From Chlorokybus atmophyticus (lineage: Eukaryota; Plantae; Mesostigma and Chlorokybus algae), in the NCBI GenBank assembly GCA_009103225.1, contig RHPI01000277.1, positions 394,074 to 458,073 on the forward strand: 64,000 nt of DNA. Reading direction: 5' to 3'. The notes beneath the pieces are model-generated. The model searched no databases. It was not told the origin of the DNA and was given only the letters and a program-made list of their open reading frames with translations. Shown here piece after piece: positions 37,304 to 49,375 of this stretch. Position numbers and translations under genes: made by a program. Every line of letters begins with the position of its first letter. Position 1 is the stretch's first letter.

Positions 37304-38275
37304 TTACCAACGTCAATGCAATCGACACATTAGGTATTAAGTGTCTGTATGTTAAGGACGCGGAGAAATTGAGGAGGAAACCCCAATCGCGACCCCGAAG
37401 TGGGGTCGACAACCACAAGAATACGGTGCCGGAGGCACCGTAACTTGGGTGTTTTCCCCGAATTTTCGGGCCCGACGGTGTATTTACTTCGTTAAGGGCC
37501 CGAACTACCAAATCAAAACCTCAAGTGTTGGAAGCCTTGTTCTTCGGCTGTGTGTCTTGGGCTTGTATCGTAACTCCAGGCCTGGGCCATGTGCCACTTG
37601 TTGCTGTTGGCTTTCCGTGGCTGTTGTTGCTGCTGCTGCATTGCCTTTGTTTTATTTCCTTTCTATAAAGGTACACTTCATGAGGTAAGCATGCATGCAT
37701 TGTGTGGGAGCAAAGTATCTGCCCACACATGCATTTCATGTCCCTTAGTACAATATATACTGTAGTGCCAGGGACTATCTATCACTTTTGTTTTATAGTC
37801 ATATATATATATATATAATTTGACTTTCGCAGCTTGCCCGTTAACTTATATAAAATGTATCGATTTTGAGCTAGGGTTTGGCTATACTCAATGCATTGTA
37901 TAGTGTTGAGGGTAAAACATTGGTTACCGCTCATTTTCTGTGTCATAAAATGACGGATAGTCCATGGCACTACGATATGCCACGTGCGTGGTCCTGCGTG
38001 GTCCCAACAAACAAACTGGTTGTGTATGAGCCGCGCTACTTAGCTATGATGCTGTTGCACGAATTCATGTGCGCCTTGCTGCGTTATTAACCCGTCGTGG
38101 CAGCTGTTGTTACTGCCTCCGCCTGTCGGTCTTACACCACTAGCTATAAGACCCATACAAAACCTCGCGGCCGCCACATCTTCGCCATTCTTGCACAGCA
38201 CATCGCAGCATCGCCACCGTAGCTGCCAACCCTTGCTTGTCGCTGCTGCTATCCTGCCTTGCTGTCTACACTACC

Positions 38276-38795
38276 TGTCACAGCCCAGTCGACCACAAAA
38301 GACTTGATGCTTTTTAAGGTCGATTTGTGGTAATTTAATGTACCTTCCCGGTACATTCCCCCCTTACGAACGCTGACGTCCTCGGCAGCTGGCTCCCATA
38401 AGCTGGGGAATCATCCTAAGGGTCTGATTATGGTCAGTCACCGGCCCCACTACCCAAAGACCGGCCAATTTAGGCCCATACCGGTTAACGCGCGCATAGC
38501 GCACCGCTGCCGGCCCCACAGGTCGCATCGCAACAGGCAGGTCGCGCCCTGCCGCGCCGACTGAACCCCGGCACGACTGCCATTAGGCAAGTCGCAACCC
38601 ATCGATGATGGCACTTATGAAGTGACCATTTACGACGTTACTGGATCGAGAAACAACGACCACGGAGTTCGTGTGCAAGGCAGGAATCGAGCCTGGGTCT
38701 CAAGCTCCGATGACCAATATCACAGCCCACTCGACCACAAAAGACTTGATGCTTTTATGGTCAATTTGTGGTATCTAATGTACGTTCCCGTTAAA
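38276..38795 (-). mobile_element. TRIM family 2 (520 bp, non-coding)
   Basis: LTRs 38276-38355 and 38718-38795; perfect TSD CTACC (38271-38275, 38796-38800). On the minus strand, PBS-like TGGTCATCGGAGC follows the 5' LTR and PPT AAGGGGGGAA precedes the 3' LTR. Confidence 0.92.
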
Positions 38796-38811
38796 CTACC
38801 CCAACACCGGC

Positions 38812-38816
<5 letters not shown>

Positions 38817-38867
<51 letters not shown>

Positions 38868-38868
38868 A
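38817..38868. repeat. (TA)n microsatellite
   Basis: Direct. Confidence 0.95.
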
Positions 38869-39393
38869 GCCAAACAACTTTAGAGCGACTCCGTGCAACT
38901 TCACCAGCTTGATATGTATATAATTACAAGGTGTGCATTAACTCGACATTAATGAATAGCCTGGGCCGGCATATATGTGACGCAGATTTCCTGATCCTCA
39001 GGGTCTCCAGGCTTGCGCAGGTCAGCCGTCACGTAGTTATAATACGGCAGCACACTCGCATGTGCATATGTGACATGGCTCTGATGGTTGAAGCACATGC
39101 ACCGCACACCGTGAACACACCTCAGACTGAGAGAAAGCAATCGCGGTCCGGAGGTAGCTGGCCACATGCACACCGGTCTCCCACTGGAGCTCTTCCGTCA
39201 GGAAGTGTGCATTTCGGATGCACTTGATGATCCGCCCCATGTCGGAGGCCGACAGGCCTTGGCCGTTGTTGCACTGCACGAATGCCACTGCAAGAGCATG
39301 CTCCGAGCCATACCACCTGGATTCCGACGCGTGCGAAGGGACGCCTCCACTTCCATATTGGCGTGCCACAGGTTTCTCAGGCACACGCACACA

Positions 39394-42300
39394 TGTTGAG
39401 AGTTATTCCTACATACGATCAGCATCGACCCTCCGCACAGGAGTAGAAGGTCGTAAGGATGAGCACTAGGTCCGGACTTAGCAAGATGGCGTCGTTGGAC
39501 CAGACTCCGGACTCCAGACAGGCGCCTTACTAACTGCTTCGTATCTCCGCGTATACTTACTCATATTAGGCGTGTAAGAGCTTGTTGGAAAGCTCTGGTT
39601 GTAAGAAAGACAACGCAGCTTAGAGCGCGTCAAGAGGCCGAGTATAGCTTACGCAGTGCTTGCAAACGTAGACGTGTGTGTAACTGGCTGGTATAAGAAC
39701 CAGCGGACAACTTGTAATAGATGAATGTGATGTGACTTGTGTATGCTCTGGTGGCGGTAGCTCTGTCTCTGTGCATCTATGCTTGTCTCAGCTACATGTG
39801 CATGCTAGTCCTTCAACAGGTTATGGGCCCACACTACGCTTGAGGAATGTGAGACTAGCTTGTGTGCATAGTAGTTCTACACTACGGTAGCTTGTTGGTA
39901 GCAGAGCCTTGGGTGTCAACTGCAAGTGAAGGCAGACACGACAGTGATGGAGGCGACCTACGACAAGGGGCAGCTTGCAAAGCTGGACACCGACAACTAC
40001 AACACATGGTGCGTGGAGATGAAGGCCTTGCTCATCCATAAGAAGGTGTGGAAGTATGTTGATCCGAAGGCACCACCACCAATACCAGGAGCGAACACTT
40101 TGTGGTCAGAGCATTCAGCAGAAGCACACTCTTTGCTTGTGTTGAACTGCAAACCGCATCACTTTCCCATGCTCACTGCATGTGAAGATGGTAGACAAGC
40201 TTGGGAAAAGCTATCAGCCGTTTTCAGAGCCAAGAACAACGCCAGAAAATTGCAGCTTCGCAAGCAGGTGAGCGCACTCAGGAAGGAGGCAGCAGAACCC
40301 ATCACAAAGTATGTTGCGCGCGCGAGAGAGCTGTGGGCGGACCTCATCAACGTCGGCCACAACATGGGGGAGACGGAGGTAGTGCTGGCCATTGTTGCAG
40401 GGCTACCAGCAGAGTACGAGGTCGTCGCAACCCTGCTGGAGACGTCATCATCGGAGTTGACGTTGGACGATGTGCTACCGAAGCTGCTCACCGTGGAGCA
40501 GAGGGTTGTGAAGAAGGACGAGCAAGCGGATGCCGTCGCCTTCTACACTGGCAAGCACGCAAAGAAGAGCAACCATGAAGAGAAGTACAAGGGCAACAAG
40601 CCAGGCAATCCTCGTCACAAAGACCTCACATGCCACTGGTGTGGTTGGAAGGGGCACATTGTGAAGGACTGTAGGAAGAAACAACAGGGGCAACCTAGAG
40701 CAAGCACCAGCAACAGCGGCAACGAGCACCAACACAAGGAGAAACATGTCGCCTTCACTGCATCCAGTTCGAGGGCGGGCACAGCTTTCTGGGTGGTGGA
40801 CTCTGGCTGCGATCGTCATCTCACACCAAACAAGGAGGTGATGGAGGGCTACAAGAAGCTAACGTCCACAATCCAGGTGGCGGGCTTCGGTGGTGAAGTA
40901 CTGGTGGCTGAGGGAGTTGGCAACGTACGACTCCAGTGCAAGGTTGGTAACACACTACGCGAGGTGTTGTTACGCAACGTCCTGCATGTTCCAAAGGCTA
41001 TTGCGAGTCTATTCTCTGTGAGGGTTGCGGAGCGCTTAGGCCCGGAGATCCTATTTCGGAAGGGTGGCTGCTCAGTCATCCTTGATGGGGTCGTGCACAT
41101 GGTTGGAATCGCTGATCCGGGAGGGCTCTACCACGTGGAGCCGCACCCTAAGGACATAGACATTCAAGCCATGGTGGTGAAGGACAAAGAGTCGCCAACA
41201 TTGTGGCATCGAAGGTTCGGGCATCTCAGCTACGTCAACCTCACTCGCCTTGTCGCTTAGAAGACGGTTAAGGGCATCCATCTCAGCACAGAAGAACTCA
41301 AGAATGCATTAGGTGCACTTTGTGAACCATGCTAGGTTGCAAAGCAGCATGCTATGCCATTCCCATCATCCTCTTTTAGTAGTCAGCATCCTTGCGAGCT
41401 TGCGCACATGGATGTCTGTGGCCCTATGCGCATTGTGGCGAAGGGAGGGGCCAGGTACTTTGCTACATTCCTCGACGACTACAGCAGGCTGTCCATCATC
41501 TTTCCATTGACGCTCAAGTCAGAAGTTGCTGGAGGTGTGCGCACAGTTGTGGCCTTGTTGGAGACGCAGTCTAGCAACAAGATGAAGGCAATGAGGAGTG
41601 ACCGAGGAGGGGAGTACATCAACAAGGAGTTGAAGGAGTTCTTCGCCAGCAAGGGCATACGCCACGAGACAATGGCACCCTACACCCCGCAGCAGAATGG
41701 AGCAGCTGAACGCCTCAACAGGACACTCTTGGAGCGTGTTCGAGCCATGCTAAACGACACAAAGATGGAAGACAGTTTGTGGAAGGAGGCGGTATTTACT
41801 GCCAACTACATCCGCAACAGATCTCCGGTGAGCTCAGAGCAGAAGACTCCGTGGGAGCACTTCTATGGAGCCACACCACATGTGAGTGGTGTGCGTGTGT
41901 TTGAATGCACGGCATATGCACTAGTGCCTACACAGCTCAGGCACAAGCTGAAGCCGGTCAGCAAGAAGGGCATCTTCGTTGGCTATGAAGCGGGTTCCAA
42001 GGCTTACAGGATCTTGCTCGAGGACACTCAGAAGATCATCGTGAGCAGAGAGGTGGTTTTCCACGAGGAATTATCACAACCAGCAGGCTTCTTTCCTCGA
42101 GATGAAGATGAAGCACAGTCGGAGGAACTTCCTACAAAAGGGGGAGTTGCAGGCAAGGCCATCATCGATAATAAGGGTGAGCAGGACTCTACTGTAGCAG
42201 ACAAGCAGTCACACCTGCAGCAGGAGCACGTAGCTCAGAGATACCCAATGAGGGAGAGAAAGGCACCTGACTTCTTACACAAGGCACACGTCGCCAGTGT

Positions 42301-44298
42301 GCACAATGAGGAGCCAAGCACCTACAAGGAGGCATTGTTAGCACAAGATGCGGAGCAATGGCAGCGTGCTATGGACGAGGAAATTGCGTCACTCCATGCC
42401 AACAACACTTGGTCACTGGAGCAGTTACCGCAAGGAGTGAAGACCATTCCAGTGAAATGGGTCTTCAAGGTGAAGCGTGATGGTCAGGGCAACATTGAGC
42501 GCTACAAGGCAAGACTGGTGGCAAAAGGGCTTCTTGCAGCAGGAAGGTGTGGACTTCAACGAAGTGTTTGCACCTGCAAGTAAGCATACCACCTTCCGTG
42601 CACTGCTAGCTATGGTTGCTGCTGAAGACCTAGAGCTGCATCACCTGGATGTGAAGACTGCCTTCCTCTACGGAGAGCTGGAGGAGGAGATCTTCATTGA
42701 GCAACCACCTGGATATGAAGAAGGGGAGAGAGGCACAGCGTGCAAGCTGATCAAGGCACTGTACGGGCTGCGACAGGCACCGCGAATGTGGCACATTAAG
42801 CTCACAAAGGAGCTGGAGGCACTTGGCACTTCACCGCATCTTCTGCAGACCCTGGGCTCTTCATTCATGCAGACAACAAGGTCTGGCTGCTTGTGTATGT
42901 TGATGATATCATTATCACCGTCAGGCAGGTGCACCACCTGCAGGAGACGAAACTTGCTCTACAGCAAGCATTCTCAGTTCGTAATCTTGGAGAGGCCAAG
43001 TGGTTCCTTGGCATGGTGATTGAGCGCGACAGGGCTGCACGCACAATCAAGATCACTCAGGAGCAGATGGTGAGAAGACTCGTCATCAAGTTTGGGCTCA
43101 TTGAAGCGAAGACCAAGACCACACCGTTGGCACTTGGCACTGCCCTCATCAAGGCAAAGGATGAGGAGGTACTCGACAAGGCTCAGTATCCATATGGTGA
43201 GCTGGTAGGCAGCATGCTCTATCTGGCAGTGTGCACACGTCCCGATGTTGCACATGCTGTGGGAGTACTTGCTCGCTACATGTCTGCACCGAGCATGGAG
43301 CATTGGAGAGCAGCAAAGGGAGTACTACGCTATGTTGCTGGGAGCGCAACAGTTTGCATCAAGTTTGGGAGCGGGAGCACTGCTTTGGAGGGCTATTGCG
43401 ACTCGGACTTTGTTGATGACCCCAACAGCAGGAGTTCCACTACAGGCTACGTCTTCAAGCTGAACGGAGGCGTGGTGAGCTGGAATAGCAGGCTGCAGCC
43501 AACAACAGCAGCATCTACATCAGAGGCTGAGTACATGGCAGCGGCAGCAGCAGTGAAGGAGGCACTCTGGCTTCGTAAGCTCATAGCAGACTTGGAGCAC
43601 CCCATGGCGTGCGTCGTCATCAACTGTGACAACCAAGGAGCCATCAAGTTGTTGAGGCACCCTATCGCCTCGGCAAGGACGAAGCACATTGATGTCATGC
43701 ATCACTTTGTGCGTGACAGAGTCACAAGAAAGGAGGTGGAGTTCCAGTACTGCAACACTAAGGGCATGCTGGCGGACTTTATGACAAAGCCATTGTCACT
43801 GCTCAAGTTCAAGACTTGTTGCGCAGGACTTGGCATCTGTGTTTGACTACAGGAGCAAGCGTTGGAGGTCAAGCTGCTCGCGTGGGAGTGTTGAGAGTAT
43901 TCCTACATACGATCAGCATCGACCCTCCACACAGGAGTAGAAGGTCGTAAGGACGAGCACTAGGTCCGGACTTAGCAAGATGGCATCGTCGGACCAGACT
44001 CCGGACTCCAGACTGGAGCCTTACTAACTGCTTCGTATCTCCGCGTATACTTACTCATATTAGGCGTGTNAGAGCTTGTTGTAAGAAAGACAACACAGCT
44101 TAGAGCGCGTTAAAAGGCTAAATATAGCTTACGCAGTGCTTGCAAACGTAGACGTGTGTGTAACTGGCTGGTATAAGAACCAGCGGACAACTTGTAATAG
44201 ATGAATGTGATGTGACTTGTGTATGCTTTGGTGGCGGTAGCTCTGTCTCTGTGTGTCTATGCTTGCCTCAGCTACATGTGCATGCTAGTCCTTCAACA
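39394..44298 (+). mobile_element. Full-length Ty1/Copia element 3
   Basis: LTRs 39394-39818 and 43889-44298; perfect TSD ACACA; PBS GGTTATGGGCCCAC at 39819. gag-pol 39947-43846 with CHWCGWKGHIVKDC, VVDSGC, SDRGGEY, YVDD; stops near 41260 and frameshifts near 42530 and 42840. Confidence 0.97.
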
Positions 44299-45032
44299 AC
44301 ACATCGAAAGCCCTCGTTCACTTCCTCCTCCTCCTGTTGCTGCTGTGCGTGTGTCTCTTGGAGGAATCCTTCAGCATCAAGCATGTGAGCATCCTGGATC
44401 GAACTCCCCGGTTCAACATGACCCGCATCATACTGTAATGGACGCTGGCCAACATACAGCTTGATCTGCTTGCACACCCTGCTGCTAATAATGTGCATGT
44501 AGACCGAGCTGCGTGTGGCGAAGCGCATGTGGCAATACGGACAAAGGACTCCCATATCTCACTACTAACGTCGACACAGGTGTCGCCAATGTAACCTGCA
44601 TCATATCCAGCAACACGCACACCCGCCGCCGCCGCCGCCGCCGCCACCGCCACCGCTACCGCTACCCTTGCATGCCAGAGGCGGGAAACTTGGCCGCCAG
44701 TCACTGGCTCCGTCGTACCATTATAATGGTACGAACGAGCCATTGCACGTCCAGGGTGAGTCTCTGGATATTTTTATATACATATATATTCTGATTGAAC
44801 CGTTTCAATGGTACGAAGATGCCTTTGCCAAAAGGTATAGGCATTGTACAAAGGTACCATTGAAATGGTACCTTTGTACAATGGCAATGGCAGTTCGTAC
44901 CATTGACAACTCTGGCAATGTCAGTCCCCCTGCGCATGAAAACACCATTGATAGCTCCGCCAAGCTATGCCCTTACAGGGGCGTGATGCCGAGGGTATGT
45001 GGCGTTTGGAAGATCGTTGGCGGCGCTGCCAG

Positions 45033-45920
45033 GGGCGTAGTGGGCATTGTGGTCGAGGTCCGGGATGAATTCCATGTTCGCACAGGGCGGGCAGGGTGCC
45101 GGAGGGGTGTCCTCGGTGTCAAACCCCACCAAGACTACCAAGGGCACATCCAACGACAACAGTGACTCGGGCGATATCTTACAGGGCTCCCCCTCCGAGT
45201 GGGCAAAGGCACACTACTATACTGCCTCTAAGAAAATCCGACCCACCAGCAGCTGCGACCACGGCGACATGATTGAAGGGACCAAACAAGACTGGCATAA
45301 CGAAGGTGGGTTACGATGCACTGTCAATGCCACATGCTAGGGTTCTTTTATCTTGCACATGCACAGCCTCAAGTATCTTGCACTTGACATACATTGTCAA
45401 TACCACATGCACACCCTCATGCACAGCCTCCAGTGTCATGCACATGAACAGCATGACCAATCTCGCAAATGCACAGCCTATTTCTACTTGCGGGAGCTCA
45501 CAAGTCGCAAAAGAGAAGCTGCGGAGTCAAACGAACGGGTAATCTATGACCTAGTTTAATGTTTCCAGCGGTAATTAAGCAGTATGCTTGCAGATTGCCA
45601 TGTTGGTCAGAGTGAACCGAGAGCAGCGCGGCAGGCTGACTGTCTGCCTGGCGGAGTGCAACAAAGCGGAAGACGAGGTAAGCGTGTGTATGTTGATGGG
45701 CTAGTCCTCTAGCAGCACGCCACTCTTACAGCATTACCAAATGCAGGTGGTCACTCTCAAAGCGACCATCAAGCGCATGCGCGTGCACGACGAGGCGCTG
45801 ACATTCAAGCTGAAGAACGAAGCAGCCGTTGTACTGTCAGCGAGCGAAGCAGCGGATGAAGATGACTCCGGCGTTGAAGCAAAAGACTCGTCGGAGGAGG
45901 AACATGAGGAGGGGGTTTGA
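45033..45920 (+). CDS. Spliced, acidic-tailed partner gene of the Plavaka element, divergent from the transposase; unknown function; start uncertain
   Basis: Exons ending |GTGGGT, |GTAATC and |GTAAGC with AG acceptors encode ...QDWHNE / AYFYLRELTSRKREAAESNER / IAMLVRVNREQRGRLTVCLAECNKAEDE / VVTLKATIKRMR...EEGV*. Conserved in copy 2 (61378-61905). Confidence 0.6.
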
Positions 45921-46458
45921 GGAGGAGTTCAAAGGCAGGCACCACGGGTTGACAAGCTGCGCATGAGTCCGACAGCTAGACTCAATGTTATAGGGTAGTT
46001 TCATGCGCAAGTCGGCTGCTCAGTTGCAAGTGGACATACTCTCACCACTGCTCGTACATTGTATATATTGTGGGCTTTTAGGTGCAAGACCAAACAATCA
46101 GTCCAAGGTTTGTACAAGCTGCATGGCATGTTAGTGTTGGCTTACGGCAAGAATTGCCAACTTTTGTCAAACGGCAAGGGTTACATATTAACAGCAATGT
46201 AACGGCAAAGAAACTGCCGGCTATTGCTGTCAGCTGTCCGTAACTACCGGCTAACGGCCGTCTATGCACATCGATCAAAGGGTAACTGGTTGACAACTCT
46301 CGGCCGGTTAGTGCCACTGACAACCACTTTCGGCCCGCGGCCGTCTGCGTCAGTCCACTTAAGCCAACGGAAAACCCAACAGTCCAAAAGCAACAGTCCA
46401 AACATTTCAGGCGACAGGCAGGCTCAGGCACCAGTCAGTCCCTCAATCCTTAGTTAGT

Positions 46459-48600
46459 CACTGTGTAAAATTTGCGACGAATTGGAGCAGGCGCATGCAC
46501 TCAGTGGAGGCTTCTTGCGTTGCCCGACTTGCGCACGCGACCAACTCATCAATGAGTAAAATGTTGTCCAATGTTGATCTTCGGTCCCTTTTTGCTTTAG
46601 ACATGCGATCGGATGTGTTGCATGCCACGCTCGGTTTTAGACATCAAAACGCCAAACATTGGCGTGCACTACTTAAGTTGTTGAATGATGCGCAGAAGGA
46701 GGTGTGTGAAAATTGTCAAGATTAAGCGAGGAAATTCGCGCTTTAAAAGACAAAGGACTTTGACAGCTTGGAGCTTCATGGCTTGCAGCTTGCGGGGGGG
46801 CTTTAGAATCCTTCCTTCTCTGGTGAGAGCAAGCAGCTCCGAAAAGCGGCAAAGTGTCAAACGCTAAGGTGAATAACGACGTCTGGTGATGATTGCTTGC
46901 AATACAAATGAGACTATCCGCACATCATCGGTTACTGTCAAATAGATGAGGTCATTGTTTCTTCTTAAAGAAGACACACAATAAAGACAAGATAACAAAT
47001 ACTCATCGGAATTAAGCAAGTCCTTAATGTTCGGCTTGTACCGCCCCCCACCAGTCATAATTACCGCAATCTATTGTTGGCTAAAGCCGTGGGAAGCACA
47101 CCTTTTGCCATAAGACATCGATAACTTCCTTGTCGCTATTAATAAAGGTGTAAGGTGCACTGCAGGTGCACTAACAGCCGGCTTAATATGCACTTTTAAG
47201 CAAGAAATTCCTTGCCTCATACACGTTGTTAAATCTGTTTTTGTGGCCACAAGTCTTGATGTTGTCCAAGCTCCATCATCTTTGATCTTTTGTTAAGGTT
47301 ATCACCGATTAAGAGAATATATTATGTATGACCATGATTGCGACAAACAGCAAACAGAAATAGTATGCGCATTATTAGTTAAACGCACCTGCTTTACCGA
47401 CAAAGATTATAAATGCGCTATGCTGTGTTGCCCACACTATGCATGTAGTCAATGAGGTGACCGAGCATATCCAACCGGTACAAAAGACTTGCAAACGGGG
47501 AGAGTCCTCGCATCCCTCTTGTTTTCCATTATTTTTCGCCATGAGGAGGGTCTGTCATCAATGCCAGTTGCCCTGCAACATAGCAAGATCAGTCAAGTTT
47601 AGGAGGTACGGTTTCGATCGAAATTGTTTGACTACTCAATTTGAATGCTCCAACACGCCTTCATTTACCAGCTTGATATATTTGTTTTTGCTTTCATTGG
47701 TTTAAGAGGGGGGNNNNNNNGGGGGGGCTCGCAGCTTTTTAATTAAATTAAAGCTAAAAATGAAAAATTATTGCATAAGGGGTGATTCTTTGGTAGGATA
47801 CGCCTGTGACCTATAAAGACCTTCGAGGAGTCCTTGCTTGGCCAGATTGCGCTCTCCAAAAAAACCCCTCCCCACAGACTACGCATGCGATGTTCCCGGA
47901 AACTTGGCCTAGTGCGCACTTGCCGAAGTCGGGGTAGTTGTGGATGCAGCCCTGGCTTTGCATATGAATCTGGCGGGCATCTTAGGACCCCAGGGATGTT
48001 GTCGTGCACAAGGCCAGTATGCCACCGATTGTGCAACTCCTCTACGAGTGGTTACACATATGGCTGTAGCTTTTTATTTTTTTTCCACAACACTACAGCC
48101 ATATAAGGGAGCCCACTTGATCTGACCCTCCTCCCTCCTCACCGCTTTCTTTAAGACCTGATCAAGACGCTAACATCAATGAGTAATGGCAATGACCTTG
48201 AACATATGCAAAACTTACAGCAATTCAACAATTCAACTAATGCATGCATGCAAACGGAATATCTCACTTGCCACAATGCCCATTGTCCACATCCTTTATC
48301 GAAAAAGAGCTAATGAAGCCTAACCCAAGCACTATATACTCAGAGGCCATAAAGTGTATAAGCTTTGGACAGCGGCAATTTTTGTGAAAGGGCTCACACC
48401 AACTGTCATACAGCGAAAACGCAATCTTAAATGAGCAGCAAATTTGCTGATGATTCAAGACTCTGAATATCCAAAGTTTTAACGTTGAATATTTAGTTTC
48501 GATGACCACGCCAACGGGTCGTAAAAGTTGCGCATCCATTTGTTAATGGAACGCATGCGTTTATGGTAATCAACATTGGAAGCGAAAAAAAAGCGAAGTG
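46459..48600 (-). pseudogene. CACTA/EnSpm (Tnp2-type) transposase relic; boundaries approximate
   Basis: GCIHNYPDFG..ACVVCGEG, KVFIGHRRILPKNHPL, HLIDYMHSVGN, LCLLKREFPRLILTIFTHLL, MSKTER; many stops. CACTG at 46459 may be a terminus. Confidence 0.8.
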
Positions 48601-48652
48601 CCGCAGTCGGAAAGCCCTTTTTATACTTTCTGTCAACGAAAAATGTGGATAT

Positions 48653-49375
48653 TGTAAGGGGGGAGTGCCCCTCCTCCCTCTAATCCCCTACCTCGCGGCT
48701 GATATCGGTATGAGACTCGTGTCGTGATTGTTACTTATGGTACCACTACATTAGGGCATTAACACTAGGTTAATGGCCTTAATATGGCTTAATTGGCTGT
48801 ATAATCTCGTTGGGACCCTTACTTACTCCTAAATAAGGGCGGGGAATCGCTAGAGGTAGCACTCCACTACATCCCCNTAGCACTCCGTTACATTCCCCCC
48901 CCCTTAGGTTTCAATGTCCTCATTGAAGGGTTTGCAAAGCCCCACCGTGAGTAAAAAAACGAAAGTAGTGAGGGAACGAGGGCCGAAGGGGTAAAAATGT
49001 CTGCCATCACCCTTTTACCGTTTGCGTGTGGACACAGTACTCCAGTAACCCCGAAGAATCTCTTGGCAGTTGGTAAGATTCTTTTCGCGCTCCCATGTGT
49101 TGTGCTCAACACCATACCCTTTCCATTTCACCAACCAAGATGGCGCGCGTCCGCGTCGATGCTTACGGTGACTGAGGATTGCTTCCACCTCATACTCAAG
49201 TATCGTCGCCATCCACTGCAACGGGGGGTGAAGGAGGTTGAACCTGACTTTCAGAATGGTACGGTTTCAGTACACTCGCATAAAACACATTGTGAATGCG
49301 TATCGACTTCGGTAAGTTCAAACGATACGCGCGAGTGCCGACCCGATCAATCATATTAAAAGGGTGATGTAAAAG
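48653..49375 (-). mobile_element. 3' end of a chromovirus: integrase tail, chromodomain (49015-49205), PPT and a short LTR (48653-48871)
   Basis: AYRLNLP..RIHNVF, EYEVEAILSHR...WLVKWKGYGVEHNTWE..NL; LTR homologous to 22-358. Confidence 0.92.

Larger units (their letters stand above)
38985..45950 (-). mobile_element. Plavaka-type transposon copy 1 (5' part of the transposase plus divergent partner gene), split by Copia 3; boundaries approximate
   Basis: 38985-39393 and 44304-45640 align with 60220-61905 of copy 2; N-terminal C2H2 finger CPYCHMRFATRSSVYMH. Copy 2 shows the empty ACACA site. Confidence 0.8.

Noticed and set aside
36357-37510. An autonomous piggyBac element
   Set aside because: No piggyBac catalytic domain and no TTAA|CCC...GGG|TTAA ends found.
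28800-37520. TIRs/TSD for the Mutator-like element
   Set aside because: Only short scattered matches (CGGGCCCT, GTAAATACA) between the two flanks; not enough to call ends.
48264-48539. KDZ transposase motif (LYDSWC resembling YDIxC)
   Set aside because: Downstream colinear motifs (HNYPD, GHRRILPKNHP, DYMH, FP....THLL) fit EnSpm Tnp2 instead.
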